From positions 3,392,001 through 3,456,000 of the forward strand of contig OY760074.1 in the NCBI GenBank assembly GCA_963663035.1: 64,000 nucleotides of DNA, given 5' to 3'. This document shows, in pieces, positions 31,187 to 40,047 of this stretch. A program made the translations under genes and the position numbers. Below the pieces are notes generated by a model that was not told the origin of the DNA, made no database searches, and saw only the letters and a program-made list of their open reading frames with translations. Source of the DNA: Acidobacteriota bacterium (lineage in GTDB: Bacteria; Acidobacteriota; UBA6911; RPQK01; JADFOI01). Position 1 is the stretch's first letter. Each line of letters begins with the position of its first letter.

Positions 31187-31303
31187 CTTTCGCTCAGAAA
31201 TCAAACAGAGTTCTGAAGGAGATTAAGATAGGGGATTATATATTTAACTATCATCTTGCGGTAAGGGGTGCCGGAATGAGGATCAGACCTCATCTGTGAT
31301 CTG

Positions 31304-33016
31304 ATGAAGCTTCTTGACATCGAGTATGCAGCTTTATCCCCCGGCTCGACCTTTCGAGGCATTCAAGATTCCATTGTCAATTACAGTGAAAACTCCCATC
31401 CCAAGGTCATCTTTTGTTGCCACGAGGAGATCTCTGTGGCCCTGGCCCAAGGTTATGCCAAGGCTAGGGGGAAACCGATGGTGTCCATTGTGCACAACAT
31501 CGTGGGCCTGCAACACGCCAGCATGGCGATCTTTAATGCTTGGTGTGATCGTGTCCCGGTCATCGTTCTGGGTGGCACGGGACCGATGGACACTGAAAAA
31601 AGGCGCCCCCGTATTGACTGGATTCATACGGCTCTGGTTCAAGGATCCCAGGTGCGAGATTACGTGAAGTGGGACGATCAACCCGCTAGTCTTGCCGCCG
31701 TTCCGGAGAGTTTGATCCGAGGGTGCCGCATCGCCACGACTGAGCCCATGGCCCCAGTTTATATTTGCTACGATGTCGATATACAGGAGGAAGTGGTGAG
31801 CTCAGGAGTCGAGATCCCGGATGTCAGCCGGTATGCTCCTCCACCTCCAGTGCAGGCCAATCCCCAGGCCTTGCGCCGAACAGCTCAGCTTCTGGTGGAA
31901 GCGCAGTCTCCTTTAATCATTGCTGATTATGTGGGACGTCACCCGGAGACGGTGAGTTCTTTGGTCGAGTTGGCAGAGCTTTTGACGATCCCTGTTGTGG
32001 ACAAGTGCAACCGCTTCAATTTCCCAAACACTCATCCTCTGGATATTACAGAAGGGGAGCAGGAATTTCTGGAGAAGGCCGATGTCATTCTGGCACTCGA
32101 TGTCCAGGATCTTTACGGCTCGCTAACAACTTCAAGCAAGACCACCCGCAAGACCGCGTACCAGGCGAATCCGGAAGCGAAAATTGTCCACATCTCTCTC
32201 AACGATATGCTCGTTCACAGTTGGGCAGGAGATTATCAACGCTTGCCGGCCGTCGATGTTCCCATCAGCGCCGATACCTCGGTTGCTTTGCCTGAGCTGA
32301 TTCGCCTGTGCCGACAAGAGCTGGAATCCAACCGGAAAAGCAAGGTAGACCGAGAGGCGCGATTCAATGAGGTGAAAAAAGTACATGAGAGCCTGAGGAG
32401 AAAGTGGATTGAGCAGACCCAGGCGAGTACTCGCGGGGAGGAGATCTCCACGGCTTTTCTGGCCCATGAGCTCTGGGAAGTGATCAAGTCAGAAGACTGG
32501 GTGCTGGTTAACGGCACCGCCAGAGGCTGGGCGCGGAGGCTTTGGGACTGGACAAGGCCGTACCAGTACCTGGGAGCAAGTGGGGGGGAAGGGGTTGGGT
32601 ACGGCATCAGTGCCTCCCTGGGAGCCGCCTTAGCTCATCTCGGGACCGACAGGGTCTGTGTGGACATACAGGCGGATGGCGATCTGCTGATGTCGCCCAG
32701 TGCACTCTGGACTGCTGCCCACCACCAGATCCCACTTCTCATCGTCGTCCACAATAACCGGTCGTTCTACAATTCTGAGGAGCACGCCCTGAAGATCGCA
32801 AAGTTTCGCGGGCGACCGGTGGAGAATGCCGGGATTGGAACCCATCTGGATGACCCTCCTGTCAATTTTGCCGAGATGGCCAGATCTTTTGGTGTACATG
32901 GAGAGGGTCCGATAAACAGGCACGAAGAACTACGCCCGGCTCTTGAAAGGGCTCTGCAACTGGTCAAGGAAAAGAGAGTCCCAGCGTTGGTTGATGTGAT
33001 TTCTGAACCCAGGTGA
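31304..33016 (+). CDS. ThDP-dependent enzyme (acetolactate synthase/benzoylformate decarboxylase-like), 5' end disrupted
   Basis: PGSTFRG, HEE, VGLQHASMAIFNAWCD and DGD...HNN motifs; in-frame TGA at 31277 in PE*GSD. Confidence 0.9.
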   Translation: MKLLDIEYAALSPGSTFRGIQDSIVNYSENSHPKVIFCCHEEISVALAQGYAKARGKPMVSIVHNIVGLQHASMAIFNAWCDRVPVIVLGGTGPMDTEKRRPRIDWIHTALVQGSQVRDYVKWDDQPASLAAVPESLIRGCRIATTEPMAPVYICYDVDIQEEVVSSGVEIPDVSRYAPPPPVQANPQALRRTAQLLVEAQSPLIIADYVGRHPETVSSLVELAELLTIPVVDKCNRFNFPNTHPLDITEGEQEFLEKADVILALDVQDLYGSLTTSSKTTRKTAYQANPEAKIVHISLNDMLVHSWAGDYQRLPAVDVPISADTSVALPELIRLCRQELESNRKSKVDREARFNEVKKVHESLRRKWIEQTQASTRGEEISTAFLAHELWEVIKSEDWVLVNGTARGWARRLWDWTRPYQYLGASGGEGVGYGISASLGAALAHLGTDRVCVDIQADGDLLMSPSALWTAAHHQIPLLIVVHNNRSFYNSEEHALKIAKFRGRPVENAGIGTHLDDPPVNFAEMARSFGVHGEGPINRHEELRPALERALQLVKEKRVPALVDVISEPR

Positions 33017-33057
33017 GATTCAGGCTGTGTGCTTCACCCGAATTTCTCAGACCCGCG

Positions 33058-33087
33058 CTAGCCCGGATTATGCATAATCCGGGCTAG
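33058..33087. repeat. Perfect 30-bp palindrome between convergent genes
   Basis: CTAGCCCGGATTATGCATAATCCGGGCTAG. Confidence 0.9.
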
Positions 33088-33116
33088 TGCATTGGCGCCA
33101 TGATCCTCGCCTACTG

Positions 33117-33737
33117 CTAGCGGGGTCCGAAATGCCGGGCCAGATACTCTGTGACGACCCGTTCCTCGTCCGCGGCTATCGTCGCGCCGAGTGTTCGCAT
33201 CCTTCGAATCGTTTCCACCCACAGCTCTTTTGATTGCCGGGGCTTTGTGGTGACCTCCACTGCATGGCAGGTGAGACACCGCTCCATGAGCACGCTGCGG
33301 CCGCTGCCCTCGGGGAGCACTTCTGCCGACATCGGTGAAACCGGTGAGCGGTCCTCCGTCTGGCCGGCTGGCGAAGCCTGTGTCGGTGATTGAGGACCAT
33401 ACGTTGCTGCCAGATAACTGACCATGGGCTCGATTTCGTCAGGCATCACTTGAGCGCCCCGACCGATCATGCTCTGGACCGTGTCGCGCCACCAATCGGC
33501 AGTCTTTCTCTGAAGCAAGACGGGCCGGAGTCCGTGGCACTGGACACACGCTTTGCCCATGGCCTCCATCCCTTTCGTCTGCTGTGCATCCGGTTCCTGA
33601 TTGGAGCCAAACGTGCCGACCGCAGCAGCCCGAGGGTCCTGGAGGTTCCAGAGCACGGTCAAGAGCACCACCACAACGGCCGCTCGGCATGTGAACACCT
33701 GCCGGCCAGACCTCGCAGCAATTCTCTTCTTAGTCAA
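33117..33737 (-). CDS. Diheme c-type cytochrome
   Basis: CVQCH and CLTCH, each followed by W..T(V/I)..M...GA; N-terminal hydrophobic segment. Confidence 0.88.
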   Translation of the reverse strand: MTKKRIAARSGRQVFTCRAAVVVVLLTVLWNLQDPRAAAVGTFGSNQEPDAQQTKGMEAMGKACVQCHGLRPVLLQRKTADWWRDTVQSMIGRGAQVMPDEIEPMVSYLAATYGPQSPTQASPAGQTEDRSPVSPMSAEVLPEGSGRSVLMERCLTCHAVEVTTKPRQSKELWVETIRRMRTLGATIAADEERVVTEYLARHFGPR

Positions 33738-33750
33738 GATGCTACTCCTC

Positions 33751-35628
33751 CTAGCTTTTTCGTCTCATTTCGGCGATGGACACTTGGGGATGCCAAGTGT
33801 TCTCATGGAGTATTCCGTCTCGCGCCACTTCAACATCGAGCACAAACGGCTTACCTCCCCGCATTTGCCTGATGGCCCTTTGCAGAGCCGGAGCGAGGTC
33901 TCCCGGATTCGCCACTTTCTCGCCCTGGATCCCGTAACCCGCGGCAATCTTCGTGAAGTCGACATCCGGGCTGCCCAGATAGCTGGTCATGTCTTTCTGC
34001 TCCTGGTACTGGGACCCCCCGTAGCCCAGGTTGCGATTCCGCGTTTCGTTGTAACTGTGGTTGTTGAGAACCACCACCAGAAGGGGTGCGCTGTAGCGGG
34101 ATATGCTCCAGAAGGTCTCCGTCTGACCGAACAGGATGCCCCCGTCGCCCTGCAGGGCCACGACCTGTCGGTCCGGCAACCCAAGCTGCACACCAAAAGC
34201 CGCGCCCACGCCCCAACCCAGCTGACCACTTTCCGTGCGTCCAAGCCGCAACTTGTTGTCAGGGCCGAAGTTCATGAGCCCTAACAGTTTTTGCTCCTGG
34301 CTCCCCAGTTCCGGGACGACCACAGCATCTTGGTCCAACGCCGTTTCGAGCTCGTACCCAAGTCGTTCCCAGGAAATGGGCGACTGATCGAAGCGACCCT
34401 TGAGACTGGCCTGTCGCGCCTGTCGCATCAACTGTGTGAACGAGTTGACCTCCTGAAAACGACGGGAGCGGATTGTCTCCAAGCGGGCGGAAGTCAACAG
34501 GCCATCGACAGCTTCCGACAGATCTTCAATCGTGGCACCGACGTCCGCCAGTATGGGGAGGTGAGTGCGAGCCTCCATTTGGAGCTGGCCGGGATCGGAG
34601 GACACGTGAGCCACTCTCGTTTCCGGGGAGGGAGGCCGGTTGTTAGGACGGGCCCCGAAGTTTATGAACAGGTCGATGTTTTCTGGGAAGCGCATGGGTG
34701 AGAGGTAGTTGCTGAGGAAGAGTGGATGCTGGGTGGGGAAGTCACATAACAAGGCGTTATTCCGACGCGATTGGCAAACAGGTACCGCCAACTTCTCAGC
34801 CAGCGCCTGAATCGCCCTGTTGGCGCCGGCCCGGCTCACTTCGCGTCCCACCACGAACAGCGGGTTGCGGGCTTCCACCAGCGACCGGGCAAGGCTGTCG
34901 ACGGTAGCAGAGGGGGCGCGAAAGACGGCGCGGCCTTTGAGCGAAGGATCCATTCGGTGGATGGCGGCCTTGACCTTCTGCCTTGCCACCCTGCCGGGAA
35001 AGATCAAGGTGACAGGCGCACCCGGAGGCCCCGCCGCAGTTTTCATGGCCCGGCGCAGGATGGCGGGCACCGTTTCAGCGTCCTCGCATTCCCAATCCCA
35101 TGCTGAGAAATGCGACACTGGATCCAGCGATTTGCCATCCTCGAAACTGATGATCAGAGGTGTACCATCGTCCCAGGCGTTGTGCAGGTTGCTAACAGCA
35201 TTGTCTATTCCGTTAGAACTCCCGATGAAAAACGCCATCTCACCTGTGGCCAGGGCGTAGCCTTCTGCCGTGGAGACCGCCTGCCCCTCGTGGGTGACCA
35301 TGATGACCTGCATGTCGGACGAATCGGCGACCGTGTCCATGATCGCGTCCACTCCCGAGGTGTTGGAGTGGATAATGTACTTCACTCCCGCGGCCTTCAA
35401 TTGCTCCACCAATAAGGAGCCAGCAGTACCTTCAGCCATCCGAACTGTTTCATCCCTGGCGGGTGCCTGGCTGGCTGCACGTTCCTGCTGCACAGAAGCC
35501 AGTAGAGACTCTGCGGCCGCGCTGCTCACTCCCAGAGCAGTCACGGCTTGAATGAAGTCTCTCCTGGAAGTTTTCATGGAAAGGTACTGGTCCAATTTTT
35601 GGTTTATTGACTTATTTATCTTGTTCAT
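33751..35628 (-). CDS. Tat-exported ThDP-dependent enzyme
   Basis: SRRDFI signal; THEGQAV, LHNAW and GDGG...LNNHSY motifs. Confidence 0.9.
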   Translation of the reverse strand: MNKINKSINQKLDQYLSMKTSRRDFIQAVTALGVSSAAAESLLASVQQERAASQAPARDETVRMAEGTAGSLLVEQLKAAGVKYIIHSNTSGVDAIMDTVADSSDMQVIMVTHEGQAVSTAEGYALATGEMAFFIGSSNGIDNAVSNLHNAWDDGTPLIISFEDGKSLDPVSHFSAWDWECEDAETVPAILRRAMKTAAGPPGAPVTLIFPGRVARQKVKAAIHRMDPSLKGRAVFRAPSATVDSLARSLVEARNPLFVVGREVSRAGANRAIQALAEKLAVPVCQSRRNNALLCDFPTQHPLFLSNYLSPMRFPENIDLFINFGARPNNRPPSPETRVAHVSSDPGQLQMEARTHLPILADVGATIEDLSEAVDGLLTSARLETIRSRRFQEVNSFTQLMRQARQASLKGRFDQSPISWERLGYELETALDQDAVVVPELGSQEQKLLGLMNFGPDNKLRLGRTESGQLGWGVGAAFGVQLGLPDRQVVALQGDGGILFGQTETFWSISRYSAPLLVVVLNNHSYNETRNRNLGYGGSQYQEQKDMTSYLGSPDVDFTKIAAGYGIQGEKVANPGDLAPALQRAIRQMRGGKPFVLDVEVARDGILHENTWHPQVSIAEMRRKS

Positions 35629-35780
35629 CTTTCCTCCTCCTTTTCTTCCCTTCTGTGTCTTGATCCTATCCTAATATTGTGCAACCTATTAATATAGTGC
35701 AATCTCTAATTGAAAGGCTATTTGCCGACATTCGAATCGGGATAGCACATGGATCCATTCAATCACTTGCTTCAGTCAAG

Positions 35781-35807
35781 GGAAATGTGGTCTGTTCCCA
35801 CATTTCC
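35781..35807. repeat. Hairpin or REP-like element after the dehydrogenase gene
   Basis: GGAAATGTGG-TCTGTTC-CCACATTTCC. Confidence 0.6.
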
Positions 35808-35820
35808 ATCGTGCGTGTCA

Positions 35821-36798
35821 CTAACCTTCGTAGTCCTGGGCGACGGCCAGAGGAGGCTGACCTTCCAAAACCCGTTTCATGTTTTGATAGGCGAACTCTC
35901 CGCGGCGGCACCAGGTATTCCAGGTCGTGCCCGCGCTGTGAGGAGTGACGATGACGTTTTCCATCTCGAGGAGGAGGTTGTCCCGTTCCACTGGCTCCTT
36001 TTCGAAGACGTCCAGACCGGCCCCGGCGATCCGGCCGTCTTTTAAGGCTTCAATGAGGGCCGCCTCGTCAATGACTGCTCCCCGGCTGGTGTTGATGAGG
36101 ACAGCAGTGGATTTCATCAGTGCCAGGCATTCCCGGTTGACCAGGTGATGGGTCTCAGGAGTCAGAGGTGTGTGGCAGGAGATAATGTCTGAGGAGCCCA
36201 ACAGTTCCTCCAGGGATACCCTCTCGACGTTGAGCTCTCGCTCACGTTCCGGTGTGAGTGGGTATTTGTCGTGGTATTGGACTTTAACCTGGAAGGCCTG
36301 AACCCGACGGGCCACCTTCAAGCCGATGTTGCCGATTCCCACCAGGCCAACCAGCTTGCCAGCCATTTCGAAGGTGTTGAACCCGTCAATGGGGGCTTTC
36401 CAACGGCCCTCTCGTGTGGCCCGGTCGCTCAGGATGAGACGTCTGTAGAGAGCAAGCATCAGCAGCACGGTGTGGTCGGCCACGGCCCAGGAGTTGGCGC
36501 CCCCGTTGTTGGCGCAGGGAATCCCCAGTTCGCCCATCAGCTCGAGGTTCATACGGTCGTATCCTGCCGCCAGCAGCTGAACCAGACGGACCTTGGAAGC
36601 CGCTCGCAGCAGGCCCTCCGTCAGCCCCGCCCGGTACACCATCAGGAAGTCAGCGTCTTTTACGGCTTCCATCTGTTCTTCCTCAGATTGCCCTCCCTCA
36701 AGGGCGATGGTGCTGAAACCATCGGGCGCGCAGGAAGTGATCAGATCCACGAGTGGTTGATTCAACCCGTGAATGAACACCACTTTTGCTTTTGTCAT
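35821..36798 (-). CDS. D-isomer 2-hydroxyacid dehydrogenase
   Basis: GIGNIG, INTSRG, GLDVFEKEP and TPHSAG motifs. Confidence 0.94.
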   Translation of the reverse strand: MTKAKVVFIHGLNQPLVDLITSCAPDGFSTIALEGGQSEEEQMEAVKDADFLMVYRAGLTEGLLRAASKVRLVQLLAAGYDRMNLELMGELGIPCANNGGANSWAVADHTVLLMLALYRRLILSDRATREGRWKAPIDGFNTFEMAGKLVGLVGIGNIGLKVARRVQAFQVKVQYHDKYPLTPERERELNVERVSLEELLGSSDIISCHTPLTPETHHLVNRECLALMKSTAVLINTSRGAVIDEAALIEALKDGRIAGAGLDVFEKEPVERDNLLLEMENVIVTPHSAGTTWNTWCRRGEFAYQNMKRVLEGQPPLAVAQDYEG

Positions 36799-36870
36799 GT
36801 GCCCAGTTTTCCTGCCCACTGTACCGTTTGTTTCCCTTACTCTACCATGAGAGAATGCCGCTTGAATATC

Positions 36871-39045
36871 ATGCGGTTGACCATACTGTTGATTCTTTTC
36901 CAGACGGGCTTAATGGCTCAGCAAGAGCAGCCTGCCGGGGGGCAGCACGGGAACAGATCGCTTCGCATCCACCAGATCACTGAAGCTCCCACCCTGGATG
37001 GAGTCCTGAATGAGCAGATGTGGAGAGATGCGCCTGTGACCGGTGATTTCCTGCAAAGGGATCCCAGCGAAGGACTGCCGGCAAGCGAGAAGACCGAGGT
37101 TCTAGCCCTTTACGACGACCAAAACCTTTACTTTGGAATCAGATGCTTTGACAGCCAGGCAGAGGGAATTCTGGCCACAGAGCTGAGGCGGGATAACGGC
37201 TTTGTCAATGATGACAGTTTTGCCATCATCCTGGACACCTTCCACGACCACCGAAACGCTTTTTTGTTCCGAATTAACCCCAGAGGGACCCAATACGATG
37301 CGCTGATCACCGAGGAAGGCCGGGTCGTTAACCAAAGCTGGGACGAAACGTGGGAAGTCGAGGCCAACATGGATGAGGAAGGCTGGTCGGCCGAAATCAA
37401 GATTCCGCTGAAATCTATCCGTTTTACCGCCTCCGGAGAGAACCCTATCTTTGGAATTGACTTTGAGCGAGTCATCCGGCGCAAGAACGAGTTCAGCAAC
37501 TGGAATAACTACAGGCGGGGTTTTAGCTTTCAGCAGATCTCTCAGGGAGGACATTTAACGGGAGTTGAAGTGGATGCGGGAGTCCAGCTTCGAGTCAAGC
37601 CCTTTCTCAATACCCGGGTGCTCACGCGGGGACAGGAAGAGCGAAGCACCATTGTGTTGGGAGACATCGGGCTGGAGGATTTGAAATACCCGCTGACGTC
37701 AAGTCTTACGGTGGAGCTGACGGCCAATACGGATTTTGCCCAGACCGAGGTGGATAACCAGGTCATCAACTTTGACCGCGTGTCGCTTTTCTTTCCGGAA
37801 AAGAGAGACTTCTTCCTGGAAGGAGCCGGCATCTTTGATTTCGGCACGGTGCGAAGCGAGTCATCGACGGAAATAAAACTTTACCACAGCAGGAGAATCG
37901 GGCTTTCCAGTGGTCAGGCCATCCCCATACTGGTGGGGGGTAAGGTGAGCGGCAAGCTGGGAGACAAATACACTGTAGGATTTTTGGAAGTTCAAACGGT
38001 TGATTTCCAGGGCAAACCCGGCGACAATTTTGCTGTTTTCCGGCTGAAGCGAGATCTTTTCTCTCGCTCTTCCATTGGAATGTCGCTCACCAATCGGCAA
38101 GCCGAAGGGGGAGACTTCAACCGTGTATTTGGGGTCGATCAAAACCTGGTCTTTTTTGAACACCTGAAGCTTACCGGGATGGTGTCCAAGTCCTTCACCG
38201 ATGGCGTGCAGGACAAGGAGTGGATTGGAGCGGTGGCCGGCGCCTGGCAGGATGATTTATTCGACATCGGCATGGACTACTGGGTCAAAGAGGAAAATTT
38301 CGAGGCCGATTTGGGTTTCCTGGCCAAAAAGGGGGGGATGCGTAAGTATGTTCCGCACTTTCTTTTTACGCCCCGCCCCAACAGTGAAACGATTCGTCAG
38401 TTCCGGTGGGGAGTCCGCTATGATAATTTTCGACGTCTGGGGGAGGACCGGCCTGAATCGGAGATGGTTCACATCCTGAACATCACAAGCTTTGAAAGTG
38501 GAAGTACTTTTCGAGGCTCCCCTCATTACCAGATCGAAGATGTCAAAGCCGACTTTTCTTTGCCGGGTGGACTGGTCGTCCCTCCCGGACACTACAGCTG
38601 GTGGCGTCTACCCCTGACCTATGTCTTCAATCCCGCCCGAAAGTTCAGCGGCAGCTTTGGATACCGGTTTGAACCGGACTTTTACGGAGAAGGCGGCAAA
38701 CGCCACAGATTCCAGATCAATCCTGTCCTGAAGCTGGGCAGCAACTTTTCAACTTCGATCAGTTATACCTTTTTTGACGTTCAGCTCTCGGGAGGCGAGG
38801 CGGTCAAATTTCACCAGGTAAACAACCGCTTCAATCTTTCCCTGAGCCGGAAATGGCTGACCAGCACGCTGGTCCAATACAACAGCACCAGTGATTTGAT
38901 CGGGATCAATTTCCGGCTGAACTACATCTATCGCCCGGGCGATGATCTGTTTATTGTTTTCAATGATTTTCGCAATCGCAGCGAGCCAGTGACGGAGCTC
39001 GATCGCTCCTTGACCGTGAAACTCACCCACTCCTTCGAATTTTGA
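36871..39045 (+). CDS. DUF5916-type protein (CBM9-like N-domain plus outer-membrane barrel)
   Basis: LDGVLNE..W, LDTFHD, WSAEIKIP, NTDFAQTEVD and FFPEKRDFFLE motifs; terminal Phe. The true start is downstream of the ORF-track start. Confidence 0.9.
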   Translation: MRLTILLILFQTGLMAQQEQPAGGQHGNRSLRIHQITEAPTLDGVLNEQMWRDAPVTGDFLQRDPSEGLPASEKTEVLALYDDQNLYFGIRCFDSQAEGILATELRRDNGFVNDDSFAIILDTFHDHRNAFLFRINPRGTQYDALITEEGRVVNQSWDETWEVEANMDEEGWSAEIKIPLKSIRFTASGENPIFGIDFERVIRRKNEFSNWNNYRRGFSFQQISQGGHLTGVEVDAGVQLRVKPFLNTRVLTRGQEERSTIVLGDIGLEDLKYPLTSSLTVELTANTDFAQTEVDNQVINFDRVSLFFPEKRDFFLEGAGIFDFGTVRSESSTEIKLYHSRRIGLSSGQAIPILVGGKVSGKLGDKYTVGFLEVQTVDFQGKPGDNFAVFRLKRDLFSRSSIGMSLTNRQAEGGDFNRVFGVDQNLVFFEHLKLTGMVSKSFTDGVQDKEWIGAVAGAWQDDLFDIGMDYWVKEENFEADLGFLAKKGGMRKYVPHFLFTPRPNSETIRQFRWGVRYDNFRRLGEDRPESEMVHILNITSFESGSTFRGSPHYQIEDVKADFSLPGGLVVPPGHYSWWRLPLTYVFNPARKFSGSFGYRFEPDFYGEGGKRHRFQINPVLKLGSNFSTSISYTFFDVQLSGGEAVKFHQVNNRFNLSLSRKWLTSTLVQYNSTSDLIGINFRLNYIYRPGDDLFIVFNDFRNRSEPVTELDRSLTVKLTHSFEF

Positions 39046-39068
39046 AGGGTGGAAGCGAAATCTTGCTG

Positions 39069-39773
39069 TCACTCCAGTTTGGCGAGTTTTCCTGAATAGT
39101 ACCCAAAGAAGTGATCCAGGATGTGGTCGTCTGGATACTTCTCTCTATCAGTCATGCTCTCGGTGGGGATGGGGGTGGGTGTCCCCAGAATTGAGGCCAA
39201 TACCTGGGTCTTGGCAGCTTTCTCAAGAGTCAGGGTTGTAATCAGCGTCTCTTCGATGCTCTTGCCCACCACGAATGCTCCATGACCCTTATGCATAATG
39301 GCGCGCGCGTTTCCGAGTTGCTGGGCCATCCTCTCTCCCATCTCATTGGTTCCCACATAGAGGGGATACTCTTCGTAGATGGGAACTCCCTCAAAAAAAA
39401 GGCATCCATCACGGGCGATGGGTAATATGCTCTTTCCGGCAGCGGCCAGTACATTCGCGTAGGGAGGGTGACAGTGAGCCATACACTTGACATCTTTCCT
39501 GGAGCGGAACACGGCGGTATACACGTAGTACTCGCCCATTGGCTCTGGATGCTTGCCCTCCACAACGTTCCCGTCAAAATCCATGATGACGATGTCATCC
39601 TCTTGCACATCCGCAATGCCCTTCCCAGAATCGTGGATGTGTCCGGGTATGAGGACCTTGTCGCCGTCTGGATGCAGCCAGCACATGTGCCCAAGCCCTC
39701 TGTCAGTGGCCCCTTCCATGTCAATGATCCGGCAGCTTCTGGCCAGTTTTTCCTTCACTTCAGCCAAGTTCAT
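39069..39773 (-). CDS. Class II aldolase/adducin family protein
   Basis: GH..., GE...Y..V...R.DV, HCHP and GHG motifs. Confidence 0.88.
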   Translation of the reverse strand: MNLAEVKEKLARSCRIIDMEGATDRGLGHMCWLHPDGDKVLIPGHIHDSGKGIADVQEDDIVIMDFDGNVVEGKHPEPMGEYYVYTAVFRSRKDVKCMAHCHPPYANVLAAAGKSILPIARDGCLFFEGVPIYEEYPLYVGTNEMGERMAQQLGNARAIMHKGHGAFVVGKSIEETLITTLTLEKAAKTQVLASILGTPTPIPTESMTDREKYPDDHILDHFFGYYSGKLAKLE

Positions 39774-39901
39774 AAGCTCTCTCTTCCTTTCTTTTTCCCT
39801 CTATTTCCTGATCCGCGCTCACCATAAGGCTATCCGCTGGCCTTGTCAACTCAAGCCCCGCTGCCCAGTGGCTAAGCGGGAGGTGGTAGATCAAGGTTCC
39901 C

Positions 39902-39930
39902 TTGACAGAATTGCCTGTCATCCCTAAACT
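39902..39930 (+). promoter_or_regulatory. sigma70 promoter with an operator-like palindrome
   Basis: TTGACA-17-TAAACT; TGACAG-N6-CTGTCA overlaps the -35 box. Confidence 0.65.
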
Positions 39931-40047
39931 GGACCCATTGAAATCTAGGCGCAGCCGACCTTTGGCTCTCAAACTCGGATGTCGAAGACACAGACAGAAG
40001 GATCGTCTCAATTCTTTAATACTCACTTGCAGGAAAGGACGACTGAT

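Noticed and set aside
31277-31279. Selenocysteine or genetic-code reassignment at the in-frame TGA
   Set aside because: The expected residue is aromatic rather than Cys, and TGA is used as a normal stop by many genes in the window.
36271-36870. 200-aa N-terminal extension of the DUF5916 ORF
   Set aside because: It is the antisense shadow of the dehydrogenase; the signal peptide begins at 36871.
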